Shown: positions 9,365 to 19,355 of the stretch, piece by piece
Layout: every line of letters starts with the position of its first letter
Numbering within the stretch: position 1 is the stretch's first letter
Assembly (NCBI GenBank): GCA_964497155.1
Contig: CAZCCB010000002.1
Span: 1 to 38,241, forward strand
Direction of reading: 5' to 3'
Origin: an uncultured Nitrososphaerota archaeon
GTDB lineage: Archaea > Thermoproteota > Methanomethylicia > Culexarchaeales > Culexmicrobiaceae
DNA: 38,241 nt
Notes under the pieces: generated by a model
Told to the model about the DNA's origin: nothing
Seen by the model: the letters and a program-made list of their open reading frames with translations, nothing else
Databases searched by the model: none
Program-made: the position numbers and the translations under genes

Positions 9365-9748
9365 TTAGGCACTCTTAAAAAGATCGCTTAATGGTTTTCT
9401 TTCTCCCTTCTTTTCATAATATATCCTGATAGGCATTCTAATTGGTAGGCCTAAATCTAGAAATAGATTGTATAGGTCATAACCATTAATTGGCCCTTTA
9501 AGTTTACCCTCCTCAACAAATTTAGCTAAAGCTTCAATAATTCTCTTTGTGGCTATTGGATAGTGTTCTTTGGCAATCTCTAGAACCTCCTTCGCTCTAC
9601 CAATTAAAACTTTATTTAATATTTCCATGGGATCTTTCCGCTCAGTTTTCTTCTTAGTTGAAATTAATTTCCTCTGCAATTCAGCAAGCTTCTTTAGCTT
9701 TAGCATTTCAAGTTCTAGATCCTCATTGCACATAGATACTGCACCCAA
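9365..9748 (-). CDS. PDCD5/TFAR19-like dsDNA-binding protein
   Basis: About 120 aa with an N-terminal acidic/coiled segment (LKKLAELQRKL) followed by a helical domain. The ORF-track start at 9748 is TTG; an ATG at 9733 is an alternative start. Confidence 0.5.
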   Translation of the reverse strand: MGAVSMCNEDLELEMLKLKKLAELQRKLISTKKKTERKDPMEILNKVLIGRAKEVLEIAKEHYPIATKRIIEALAKFVEEGKLKGPINGYDLYNLFLDLGLPIRMPIRIYYEKKGERKPLSDLFKSA

Positions 9749-9783
9749 TCTAATTTTATAATGGTACTAGAAATTCTTGACGC

Positions 9784-10470
9784 TTAAATTATTGACTTTA
9801 AAGCTAATGCTAAGGCTAATCTTGGAATAAGAATTGGAACATTTAATTCTGATTTTAAAAGTTTTGCATCATTAATGGAAAATCCTATACAATCCATAAC
9901 CACGACATTAACATCTAAATCTCTAAATCTTCTAGCTATTATTTTCAGTTTAATTATCTTATGCTCTTCAATTGCATATGGAGAAATACTATCGATTACC
10001 ATAGATTTACATTTAATATTGGACCATTTTTCCCTAGCAAAGCTTATTTGAACTGGATTTGGCATGATAATTCCTAATACCATATTAGGGGAAGACATAC
10101 TTTTAACAATTCCACGCAGTATTGGTTCTGGTTTAACTAGTGGAACTCGCGATTCAAAATCAGGAAATATTCCGGAACATAGTAAGCCAATAACATTAGC
10201 TCCACATTTTTCCAAAAACTCTATTTTATCTTGAAGTAGCGGTATTATTCGCTCCTTGGACAGTCTTACTTCACTTCCATCTCTAAGCCTACTAACATAA
10301 ACGGTTTCGCCAACCTTAGGTGCTAATTTGGCTATTTCATTCTTGGAAAGACCATCTAAAGCACCAGCCTCAATGATTTCATATTCTTCACCTAAAAATG
10401 AAGCAATTTCGGGAACTACATCAATTCTAGGCGATTGCCCAATAGTCAATAATCCAATTCGTCTATTCAT
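9784..10470 (-). CDS. AroM family protein
   Basis: 228 aa. It is collinear with E. coli AroM as I recall it: LLTIGQSP at the N-terminus, and VVMDCIGF and VPILI near the C-terminus. Confidence 0.65.
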   Translation of the reverse strand: MNRRIGLLTIGQSPRIDVVPEIASFLGEEYEIIEAGALDGLSKNEIAKLAPKVGETVYVSRLRDGSEVRLSKERIIPLLQDKIEFLEKCGANVIGLLCSGIFPDFESRVPLVKPEPILRGIVKSMSSPNMVLGIIMPNPVQISFAREKWSNIKCKSMVIDSISPYAIEEHKIIKLKIIARRFRDLDVNVVVMDCIGFSINDAKLLKSELNVPILIPRLALALALKSII

Positions 10471-10550
10471 AAGAAATCCCTCAACGCTATAAATTCATAA
10501 ATTGAAATTGTTAAATCTAACCCAAATTAAACTCATACTGAGGAGTCATT

Positions 10551-12509
10551 ATGAGGAAAATTGAAATTGAAGATTTCTCAAGAATAGTTCATGTAGCCGA
10601 CCCACAACTATCTTCAAATGGAGAGAAATTGGCATTAGTTACTGTTAAATCAAACTTAAAAGATAACAAATATGATTATGAAATCCTAATTTATGAAGTA
10701 AAAAGTGGAGATTTAATATATACAATATCATCTCCTGAAGGAGATTTTTCTCCCAAATGGAGTCCATCAGGAAGAAAACTAATTTTCACTTCTAGAAGAG
10801 GATTTAAAGAGGAGGATAAGGGGAATGCAATATTTCTAACAGTATTAGCTGGTGAACCAAGATTCATAGCTAAGAAGAAGGAGGGATTTAGTGAAGTAAA
10901 ATTTCTAAAAGAGAATACTCTAATAGCTCTATCACCAACTCCAATAAGAACAATAGATGAAGACAATGATTATGTTGAGATTAGAGATATACCACCTTGG
11001 TTTGATAAATCAGGATTTATAGATGAGTATAGGAGACAGATTTACTTAATAGACCTAGCATCGGGATTATATAAGCAAATTACATCGGGCACTAATGAAG
11101 TAGAATATATTGCTCCATCAAACTCAGGAGATAAAATAGCTTACATAAGAAAAGTAGATTATAAAAATCCATTAATAACTGAAGTTAGAATTCTAAATAT
11201 TAAAACGGGCGAAGATTATCAAGTTATCGAACCGAAATATAACTTCATAGGAGTTACATGGAGTCCAGATGATAAATACTTGGCCCTCCATGGTAACGAT
11301 TTAAGAAGGGGACTTTCAACCCATAACCACATATGGATAGCTTCAAGTGAATATCGATCAAAACCCGAAAACTTAACTGGAAAAATTGATCGAAATACTC
11401 TACCCGCAATTTCATGCGACGTACTTGGACCATATAGATCATATAGTCCTCCTCAATGGCTTGAAGATAAAATAATCTTCTTAGTAAATAGTCATGGTAA
11501 AAGCAATCTATTTGAAGTTAACATTAACGGTGACATAAAACAATTAACAAACGATAACCACGTAATTCATAATTTTAGCGTATCTAAAGACGGTAAAATA
11601 GCATTATTGAAAACTGATCCTGAAACTTTACCTGAAATCTATATTTACGATTATAATAGTGGTGAACTGAATAAATTTACGAACTTTAATGATTGGTTTA
11701 AAAATGAAATTAAAATTTCAAAACTAAAGTATGTGAAAGTTAAAGCTAGTGATGGTGAATCAATAGATGCATGGTATATAGAACCAATAGAGAAAGATGG
11801 AAAAAGTAAATATCCAGCCATTCTATTTGTTCATGGAGGACCAAAATCATCATATGGATGGACAATAAACTTCATGCATCAATTAATGGCATCAAAGGGA
11901 TATTACGTCATAATATCAAATCCTAGAGGTAGCGATGGTTATTCTGAGGAATTTGCAGATATACGTGGACATTATGGTGAAAGAGACTATCAAGACATAA
12001 TGGATGTAATTAATGAAATTATAAGTAGGATTTCACAAATCGATGAAAATAGACTTGGAGTAACTGGAATAAGTTATGGAGGCTTCATGACTAATTGGAT
12101 AGTTACTCAAACAGATAAATTCAAGGCAGCAATATCAGAAAATGGAATTGCTGATTGGATATCAGACTTCTGGTCCAGCGATATAGGATTCTTTTTCGAT
12201 CCAGATCAAATAGGAGGAACACCTTTAAAAAACTTAGAAAAATACATTAAGCAAAGTCCAGTTTACTTTGCAGAAAATGTGAAAACACCAGTTCTACTTA
12301 TACATAGCATGGAAGACTATAGATGCTTCATAGATCAATCACTTGCATTCCATATAGCTTTGAGACTATTAGGAAAAGAATCAAGATTAATAGTCTTCAG
12401 AAAAGGGAGTCATGGGCACAGTATATTAGCTAAACCAAGACATCGCAAGAAACGCTATGAAATAATACTAAAGTTCTTTAATGAAAAATTGAAAAATAAA
12501 ACTAAGTAA
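10551..12509 (+). CDS. S9 family serine peptidase (prolyl oligopeptidase / acylaminoacyl-peptidase-like)
   Basis: 652 aa with an N-terminal beta-propeller-like repeats region (WSPSG, WSPDD). The C-terminal alpha/beta hydrolase carries the nucleophile GISYGG, plus Asp and His (GSHGH). Confidence 0.85.
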   Translation: MRKIEIEDFSRIVHVADPQLSSNGEKLALVTVKSNLKDNKYDYEILIYEVKSGDLIYTISSPEGDFSPKWSPSGRKLIFTSRRGFKEEDKGNAIFLTVLAGEPRFIAKKKEGFSEVKFLKENTLIALSPTPIRTIDEDNDYVEIRDIPPWFDKSGFIDEYRRQIYLIDLASGLYKQITSGTNEVEYIAPSNSGDKIAYIRKVDYKNPLITEVRILNIKTGEDYQVIEPKYNFIGVTWSPDDKYLALHGNDLRRGLSTHNHIWIASSEYRSKPENLTGKIDRNTLPAISCDVLGPYRSYSPPQWLEDKIIFLVNSHGKSNLFEVNINGDIKQLTNDNHVIHNFSVSKDGKIALLKTDPETLPEIYIYDYNSGELNKFTNFNDWFKNEIKISKLKYVKVKASDGESIDAWYIEPIEKDGKSKYPAILFVHGGPKSSYGWTINFMHQLMASKGYYVIISNPRGSDGYSEEFADIRGHYGERDYQDIMDVINEIISRISQIDENRLGVTGISYGGFMTNWIVTQTDKFKAAISENGIADWISDFWSSDIGFFFDPDQIGGTPLKNLEKYIKQSPVYFAENVKTPVLLIHSMEDYRCFIDQSLAFHIALRLLGKESRLIVFRKGSHGHSILAKPRHRKKRYEIILKFFNEKLKNKTK

Positions 12510-12586
12510 AACAAATGTTAACCAAAAGTAAAAAAGAAATAAAGTAAAATTTATTTTTAAGCATAAGATTTATTTTGCTGAGAGCC

Positions 12587-12754
12587 TTGACGATTAAGAT
12601 TTACTGTGAAAGATGCGGCTTCGTATTTTATAGAGGTGATGAATTAACTAATCCGCAAGACATAATTAGGCGTTATGGTGGAAGATGCCCGCGATGTTAT
12701 AAGCAACTTAAATTAGAGCCATCCAAAGTAACCATTAAAACATCTGAAGACTAG
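12587..12754 (+). CDS. small zinc-ribbon protein (55 aa), absent from the ORF track because it has no ATG start
   Basis: My own translation from the TTG at 12587 (alternative TTG at 12575) gives TIKIYCERCGFVFYRGDELTNPQDIIRRYGGRCPRCYKQLKLEPSKVTIKTSED*. The two CxxC pairs are about 25 aa apart. GC content is locally higher than in true spacers, and the ORF ends exactly where the convergent radical SAM gene ends. Confidence 0.45.
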   Translation: MTIKIYCERCGFVFYRGDELTNPQDIIRRYGGRCPRCYKQLKLEPSKVTIKTSED

Positions 12755-13969
12755 TTATGGCCCAATATGTCCAAAACGAGTTTGAGCTATAACTAGCTTA
12801 AGACCAGTATCCTCAAGTAGTTTCCTTGCTTTTTTCATTTCAAAATAACTTGGCCACTTAATGTTTCGTCTTCTAAATTCAGGTCTATAATCTAGTAGGC
12901 AAACTTGAATTTCCGAATCAATATCAACTAACTTACGGCCAATAGAAAATAGTTCATCATCAGTCATCCAAGCAGGATTATATGGAATGCCCACACCTAA
13001 AAACACTTTCTCCTTATATTCATCAATAATGTATTTTATAGCATTCCAAGCATTTTTTAAATAGTATTCAGCTAGACTCTTATTCTTAACGCCAGTTACG
13101 GTCATGAATGTCTCAATTTTAAATGCTTTTAAATCAGCACCAATATCAGTCACTCCAGATTCAATAAGCTCATCAATGTAATCTTTAGTTAATAGTGAAG
13201 TATTAGTGTCTAAATGTAATCTAGCTTTTTCATCTTTATTTAACCTCTTTAACCATTTGAAAAATTTAATGAGCCATCGTCTATTTAATGTTGGTTCACC
13301 ACCAGAAATTGCCATTCTATCAACGCCATATAGTCTCCTTAATGCAGTTAACTCCTCAGCAGCCTCCTTAGGAGTCAATGGATTTAAATTATTTCCATAA
13401 GTTATAGTCCAATTTTGACATTGCGGACATCTAAAATTACATCCATGAGCAAAACATGCAACTTCAATATACCTACCTCTCTTTTTTAGATACCATGGAG
13501 TACCAACACCTCCAACTGGATGAGGAGTAAAGCCAGAAACAATTCTTAATGGTTCAAAATCAGCATTTAATTCAATTTTCATACCATTTCTAATAGGCGT
13601 GGTACATAATTGTCTTGGAACTCCATCAACTAATACTGCACATGCATAACATCCACCAGTCTCACACGGCGTATAAATATCTCTATCACTTGGAATTTTT
13701 GAAAAAGTAAAACCAATAATTTGGAAAGCTCTTTTTAAAGTAATTCGTTCAGGAACTTCATATCCTTCACCATTAACATAAATTTTAACATAACGTCTAG
13801 GCCTATCATCTTCAATCCTAATAATAGCTTCATTAGGGCAGCCTAAGAGGCATACTTGACAATCAACACATTCATCTCTACCTGGACAATCAATATACCA
13901 TGTACAAAATCCACATCCCTTACATTTATCATAATCAATTATACATTTGTAAAAACTCATTAAAGCCAC
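12755..13969 (-). CDS. radical SAM enzyme (PflA/activase-like core) with N-terminal ferredoxin-type cluster domains
   Basis: 404 aa with the radical SAM motif CNFRCPQC and GGEPTL. The N-terminus carries 2x[4Fe-4S]-type motifs (CKGCGFC...CPG, CVDCQVCLLGCP) and a CETGGCYAC 2Fe-2S-like segment. Confidence 0.75.
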   Translation of the reverse strand: MALMSFYKCIIDYDKCKGCGFCTWYIDCPGRDECVDCQVCLLGCPNEAIIRIEDDRPRRYVKIYVNGEGYEVPERITLKRAFQIIGFTFSKIPSDRDIYTPCETGGCYACAVLVDGVPRQLCTTPIRNGMKIELNADFEPLRIVSGFTPHPVGGVGTPWYLKKRGRYIEVACFAHGCNFRCPQCQNWTITYGNNLNPLTPKEAAEELTALRRLYGVDRMAISGGEPTLNRRWLIKFFKWLKRLNKDEKARLHLDTNTSLLTKDYIDELIESGVTDIGADLKAFKIETFMTVTGVKNKSLAEYYLKNAWNAIKYIIDEYKEKVFLGVGIPYNPAWMTDDELFSIGRKLVDIDSEIQVCLLDYRPEFRRRNIKWPSYFEMKKARKLLEDTGLKLVIAQTRFGHIGP

Positions 13970-14048
13970 CCATTACCAATTTAAAATTTAAAGTTGTACG
14001 GCAATAAATTTTTAAGAGAGAAGTTCAACCTATGAGCAATGATATATA

Positions 14049-17000
14049 ATGAAAATTCATGCAATATTCAGAGGAACATGTCCAAACTGTAATGGTGAAA
14101 ATAGCGATATTCGATTAAGATATGGCATCCCATGTTCAAAATGCATACCAATACCAACTAGAAAATTATTAAGGAAAATTATTAAAATGAATAAGAATGA
14201 GACAAGAAAGTACATACTGGACTTATTAATTAAATTTAATACTTTAAAACATTATAGGAACCTTTATGAAATTGAGAATAAAATCGATGAAATAGAAAAT
14301 TTATTTTATGGAGCAACTGGCAGTAAATTATGGAGCGCGCAAAGAACTTGGCTTAAAAGAGCATTAAAGGGGAAAAGCTTTGCAATAATAGCTCCAACAG
14401 GTATGGGTAAAACGGTTTTTGGAATAATACTGGCGATCTATTTTGCCTCAATAGGTAAGAAATCATACATATTATTGCCAACATCTCTTCTTGCACATCA
14501 AGTTTATTTAAAAATAAACAAATTTTTGGATAGACTGAATTTACAGGATATTAAAGTTGTTGCATATCATTCAATTTTTTCAAGAAGTAAGTGTAAGAAA
14601 ATTTTAAATGAAATTATAAATGGGAACTACGATATCTTAATTACGACTTCATATTTCCTTCCAAGACATTTTGAGAAATTGGATAAGAAATTTGACTTTA
14701 TATTTGTGGATGATGTAGATTCGTTTATAAAATCATCAAAAAATGTTGATAAGGTTTTAATGTTATTAGGCTTTAATCAAGAAATTATAGAGTTAGGTTT
14801 TAAAGCAATTAACCTAAGATCAAAAATAAGAAAGTTATTTAGATCAAAATATGCATCTCAAGATCAATTAAATATAATTAGAGAAGAATTACTAAATACA
14901 GAGAATAAAATTGAGAACTTTAAAAGAAATAATAGTATTGGAATTTTAATAGTTTCAGGAGCATCAATTAGGGCTAAGAGAACTAAGCGCATAAAATTAT
15001 TCAGAGAATTACTTGGATTTGAAATTGGAAGCAAAGCTGAAGGAATAAGAAATATCGTTGACATGTACATTAAACCCAGGAAAAGGAACATAATCGATGA
15101 AGCTATCAGATTAGTAAGTATTCTTGGAGATGGAGGATTAATATTTATTCCCATGGATAAGGGATCAAAATATGTAAACATAATATTAGACGAATTAAGT
15201 AAAAGAGGAATAAGAGCTACAACATATGAAAAAGCTAAAGGTAAAATACTTGAAAAATATAGATCAAGAGAATATGATGTTCTAGTAGGAGTAGCATCAT
15301 ATAGAAGTCCATTAGCTAGGGGAATAGACTTACCTGAGCGAGTTAGATATGCAATTTTTATTGGTGTACCTAAGTTTAAAATAAGCTTAGATATAACTGA
15401 AGAATTTAGGCCATTTAAAGCCATAATACTTTTAGCTAATTTAAGAGAATTCATAGAGAATCCTAATGAATTAGATTTAATAGATAAGTATATAATTGAG
15501 TTAAGAAGAGTAGCTGGAATTTTAAAGCGTGATGAAATTGAGAAGATAGCTAGTGCCATTAAACAGAAAATTGAATTAGAAGGTTTTTTAGGAAAAATTC
15601 AGAAGCTATTCTTAAAGGTAGCATTATTCTTAGAGGAAATTTTAAGGAGACGAGACATAAGAACTGCAATTGCTAAAAGCCCCCACTTATCAATTGAAAA
15701 ATTAAGTGGAAAACCATATATCATTGTACCAGACGTTATAGGATATCTACAAGCTTCAGGAAGAACATCAAGAATGTATGCAGGAGGAGTGACTAAGGGA
15801 CTTTCAATAATAATCATAGATGATGAAAAAGCGTTTAATGGATTAATTAGAGGATTAAGATGGTATGTTGAAGATATTAAGTTTGAAAAAATGACTCTAA
15901 GGAGAATAAAGAAAGTAATTGGCCAAGTAGATAGTGATAGAAGAAAAGTTAGAATGCTCCTTGAGGGAAAAATATTACCAGAATTCAGAGATATAGTTAA
16001 AACTGCTTTATTGGTAGTTGAATCTCCAAGTAAAGCTAGGACAATAGCTAAATTCTTTGGAAGTCCATCTAAACGGGAAATTAATGGAGTTCCAGTTTAC
16101 GAAATAAGCACTGGAGATTATATATTAATAATAGTTGCAAGTAAGGGTCATATATTTGATCTAGTTACTCAAGAAGGATATCATGGAGTAAAGATAGTTA
16201 AAAGGAACTTCATACCAATATACTCCTCAATAAAGAGATGTCGAAAATGCAATGAGCAATTTTCAGATCCAATAAACATATGTCCCATATGCGGAGGAAA
16301 ACTTGATGATAAAATAACTGTCATAAAAGTATTGCAGGAAATAGCAAGTGAAGTTGATACATTACTCATTGGGACAGATGCTGATGCTGAAGGAGAAAAA
16401 ATAGGATGGGATATAGCTCAAGCACTCGCACCATATGTTAGGGAAGTAAAAAGAATAGAGTTTCATGAAATAACTAAAAGAGCACTAATTAAGGCACTAA
16501 ACAATCCTAGAGAATTAAATCTAAAGTTAGTTGAATCTCAAATATTAAGGAGAATTGAAGATAGATGGATAGGTTTCGAGCTGAGCAATAAAGTTCAAAA
16601 TAAATTCAATAGAAGAGACTTATCTGCAGGGAGAGTTCAAACACCAGTATTAGGATGGATTGTAAACCGAACAAAAGAAACTAGGAAAAGCATAATGGAT
16701 AATTTCGAACTAACACTTGAAAATAAACTGAGAATTAGATTGAGTCTAAAGAAATTAAGGAAAAAAGAATTAGAAAAAATAGTTGAAGAACTTAAAAAAT
16801 CAAACTGCAAAATTACGAAAGTAACCAGTGAAATAGTCGAATTAAATCCATACCCACCATTCTCAACAGATTCAATGTTAAGAGAAGCAACCCTAACATT
16901 AAAGCTTAGAACAAATGAAATAATGTCTATTGCTCAAGACCTTTTCGAACTAGGATTAATTACATATCATAGAACAGATAGCATTAGAGTTTCAAGTATA

Positions 17001-17735
17001 GGAATGAATATTGCAAGAAACTATATAACAGAAAAGTGGGGGGAAGAATACGTTAAATTGAGAGGATGGAGTAAGAAGGGAGCTCATGAATGTATTAGAC
17101 CAACACGACCAATCGATGCATATAGATTAAAAACACTAATATCAATCGGAATTATTAGGCTAGCCAAAAGATTAACCCCAAAACACTATGCGTTATATAA
17201 GTTAATATTCAATAGATTCATTGCAAGTCAAATGAAAGCAGCTAAAGTCAAAAAACAAATAATTAATGCAAAAGTTCTTAACTGTGAAATTAATATTGAG
17301 ACATTCACAGAAATAATTCATCCAGGATACACATTAATTTATCCAATAAAAATTTCTCCCGAAGTTAAAAAAGGAACCTTAAAGATAATTGACGTTAAAC
17401 ATTGGCGAGCCCCAGCACTACCACTCTACTCTGAAGGTGACGTAATAAGATTAATGAAAGAAAGAGGGGTCGGCAGACCATCAACCTATGCAAAAATATT
17501 ATCGACACTACTAGAAAGAAGATACGTATTTCAAACACCAAACAGAAAACTAGTTGCAACAAAGCTTGGAGAAAATGTGTACAATTACTTAAAGGAATCA
17601 TTTGAAAAATACGTTTCAGAGGAAACTACAAGACAACTTGAAGAGAAAATGAATAAGGTAGAATTAGGTCAAATGAATTACATTACCATATTAAAAGAGT
17701 TATATTCTGAATTAAAGTATTTATCATCAAATTAG
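14049..17735 (+). CDS. rgy: reverse gyrase
   Basis: 1228 aa with an N-terminal Zn finger (CPNCNG...CSKC) and the SF2 helicase motifs APTGMGKT and DDVD. The C-terminal topo IA part has Toprim (VESPSKA, DADAEGE) and the active-site ITYHRTDS. Confidence 0.95.
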   Translation: MKIHAIFRGTCPNCNGENSDIRLRYGIPCSKCIPIPTRKLLRKIIKMNKNETRKYILDLLIKFNTLKHYRNLYEIENKIDEIENLFYGATGSKLWSAQRTWLKRALKGKSFAIIAPTGMGKTVFGIILAIYFASIGKKSYILLPTSLLAHQVYLKINKFLDRLNLQDIKVVAYHSIFSRSKCKKILNEIINGNYDILITTSYFLPRHFEKLDKKFDFIFVDDVDSFIKSSKNVDKVLMLLGFNQEIIELGFKAINLRSKIRKLFRSKYASQDQLNIIREELLNTENKIENFKRNNSIGILIVSGASIRAKRTKRIKLFRELLGFEIGSKAEGIRNIVDMYIKPRKRNIIDEAIRLVSILGDGGLIFIPMDKGSKYVNIILDELSKRGIRATTYEKAKGKILEKYRSREYDVLVGVASYRSPLARGIDLPERVRYAIFIGVPKFKISLDITEEFRPFKAIILLANLREFIENPNELDLIDKYIIELRRVAGILKRDEIEKIASAIKQKIELEGFLGKIQKLFLKVALFLEEILRRRDIRTAIAKSPHLSIEKLSGKPYIIVPDVIGYLQASGRTSRMYAGGVTKGLSIIIIDDEKAFNGLIRGLRWYVEDIKFEKMTLRRIKKVIGQVDSDRRKVRMLLEGKILPEFRDIVKTALLVVESPSKARTIAKFFGSPSKREINGVPVYEISTGDYILIIVASKGHIFDLVTQEGYHGVKIVKRNFIPIYSSIKRCRKCNEQFSDPINICPICGGKLDDKITVIKVLQEIASEVDTLLIGTDADAEGEKIGWDIAQALAPYVREVKRIEFHEITKRALIKALNNPRELNLKLVESQILRRIEDRWIGFELSNKVQNKFNRRDLSAGRVQTPVLGWIVNRTKETRKSIMDNFELTLENKLRIRLSLKKLRKKELEKIVEELKKSNCKITKVTSEIVELNPYPPFSTDSMLREATLTLKLRTNEIMSIAQDLFELGLITYHRTDSIRVSSIGMNIARNYITEKWGEEYVKLRGWSKKGAHECIRPTRPIDAYRLKTLISIGIIRLAKRLTPKHYALYKLIFNRFIASQMKAAKVKKQIINAKVLNCEINIETFTEIIHPGYTLIYPIKISPEVKKGTLKIIDVKHWRAPALPLYSEGDVIRLMKERGVGRPSTYAKILSTLLERRYVFQTPNRKLVATKLGENVYNYLKESFEKYVSEETTRQLEEKMNKVELGQMNYITILKELYSELKYLSSN

Positions 17736-18526
17736 TAGTGAAAGAAATCTGTTAAGCGAGTTTCTCTAGATTTAGATTTTAGTATTTGAGAACATTTTCT
17801 AGGGTCTAATCGCTTAAATTCTAGGCCTAAAGATTTAAGTAGGGTTAATACTCCCTTATGAACATCAGGGGCTACAAGAACACCTCTAACCTTCCTATAA
17901 GGACTTCTCTTTTTAATCTCCTCTACATATTTTGCTAATTGAATCACAGCATTCTTATCTGCTGGTCTACGCTTTAATTCTATGACTACAAATCTTCCTG
18001 AAGAATCAATTCCATATAAATCTATAAAGCCAGGTTCAACAGGTTTTTCATAGCTTATAACTTTAAATCCCTCCTCGAATAAACTTGGCTCCAAGATTAT
18101 TGCTTTCTGCATATCCTGCTCAGATGCATATAGTGAGAATTCTGCTTCATCAATTAAATCCATTGAAGAAACCAAATATATACTTTTAAAGAAAACATTA
18201 ACAATTTCATGAGGACGCTTTCTAATTGCTCTAATTCTTAAAAGATTTTCTCTAGTTAAATTCACATGAAAAATGCATCCTGGCGGCTGCCAATTAACTG
18301 GATTTACTTCCCAGGGTCGATGAACTTGTATTGATCCATCAATTTTAATAATAACTATTCTTTCACCATAATCTAAAGTTGATGAAGCTCTACCCTCATA
18401 ATCAACTCTACATAAACCCACAATTAGAACAGTCTTCTTTTTTTCAATTGCATTCCTAACTAACTTAAATGCATCATTAATTTTTGGATTAATTAACGTT
18501 TCAATTGGGATACGATTAAAATTCAA
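17732..18526 (-). CDS. nucS: NucS/EndoMS mismatch-specific endonuclease
   Basis: 264 aa with the C-terminal RecB-like nuclease motif IDLYGIDSSGRFVVIELKRR...QLAKY. Confidence 0.8.
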   Translation of the reverse strand: MNFNRIPIETLINPKINDAFKLVRNAIEKKKTVLIVGLCRVDYEGRASSTLDYGERIVIIKIDGSIQVHRPWEVNPVNWQPPGCIFHVNLTRENLLRIRAIRKRPHEIVNVFFKSIYLVSSMDLIDEAEFSLYASEQDMQKAIILEPSLFEEGFKVISYEKPVEPGFIDLYGIDSSGRFVVIELKRRPADKNAVIQLAKYVEEIKKRSPYRKVRGVLVAPDVHKGVLTLLKSLGLEFKRLDPRKCSQILKSKSRETRLTDFFHY

Positions 18527-18581
18527 TTTAACTCACAATAGTCTAGTAGTATATGGATAAATTTAAAGCTGAGGGAGAACT

Positions 18582-19127
18582 GTGAAGCGAGAAATAATGA
18601 GGAAATATAATATTACAGCTAGATCTTATGATGAATTATATGGAGAAGAACAGGAGAGAAAATATTCATTATTCATAAATAAGGTGGAAAAAAATATACG
18701 TAATAGAATAGTTTTGGATTTAGCATGTGGAACTGGACTTTTAATGAAAAAATTAATTAAACATGCAGAGTACGTCATTGGGATTGACATATCTATTGAA
18801 ATGCTTAAATTAGTAAGAAGAAAGGCAATTGATAGAGACAAATATTCATTAATACTAGCAGATGCTGAAAATATTCCACTGAAAAATAACATCTTTAACG
18901 CCGTTTTTGCAATAACCATTATACAAAACTTATCAAATTTAAGTAAAGCTTTAAAGGAGATAAGAAGAGTAATAAAGAGTAATGGTATCATCATTATAAG
19001 TGGACTAAAAAGAGTGATAAACATGGAGAATGTAAAATTAGCAATTATTAATAGTAACTTGAAATTAAAGAAAATAGTAGAAGAAGATAAAGATCTAATA
19101 TTAATTTTAGTAAAATTGAATAATTAA
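18582..19127 (+). CDS. class I SAM-dependent methyltransferase
   Basis: 181 aa with a GTG start behind GAGGGAG. Motif I is VLDLACGTG and the post-I acidic residue is GIDIS. Confidence 0.75.
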   Translation: MKREIMRKYNITARSYDELYGEEQERKYSLFINKVEKNIRNRIVLDLACGTGLLMKKLIKHAEYVIGIDISIEMLKLVRRKAIDRDKYSLILADAENIPLKNNIFNAVFAITIIQNLSNLSKALKEIRRVIKSNGIIIISGLKRVINMENVKLAIINSNLKLKKIVEEDKDLILILVKLNN

Positions 19128-19355
19128 ATTAGTAAAATTTAATGAATATTCATCAAAATAAAATATTAATATATAAATTATCATATTGAATGTGATACCT
19201 TAGTGATTGATGATTCATAAGCGCAGTAATGGTATTGTCATTAATGGACTTAGAAGTGATGGAAAACGAATATATAAATTTTGCACTATCCAATGATAAT
19301 TGGAATAGAAAGCTATATATATTATGGAAAATAGCTAATTTTCGAGTCAAGCGGC

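Noticed and set aside
9339-9369. GCCTAA...TTAGGC inverted repeat between the MBL gene start and the PDCD5-like gene stop
   Set aside because: The stem is only 6 bp with a loop of about 19 nt in a 31-nt spacer. That is too weak to call a terminator or operator.
12636-12642. GUGAUGA C-box-like heptamer inside the 12.5-12.75 kb gap
   Set aside because: The nearest CUGA is about 100 nt away, and no C'/D' pattern with 12-nt spacing exists. The paired CxxC coding frame explains the region better.
14864-15559. 231-aa ORF antisense to reverse gyrase, and similar antisense or out-of-frame ORFs at 816..1121, 1530..1766, 2223..2510, 15599..15817, 18626..19024, 29364..29891, 36226..36501, 36508..36927 and elsewhere
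   Set aside because: They lie entirely inside strongly supported genes. They have low-complexity S/I/L/F-rich composition typical of shadow frames in AT-rich DNA, and they carry no motifs or RBS.
19153-19350. 65-aa minus-strand ORF, and a C-box-like UUGAUGA at 19207..19213
   Set aside because: The ORF has poor composition and no RBS. For an sRNA, there is no D box (CUGA) on either strand within the spacer, and the region is not GC-enriched like the three accepted sRNAs.
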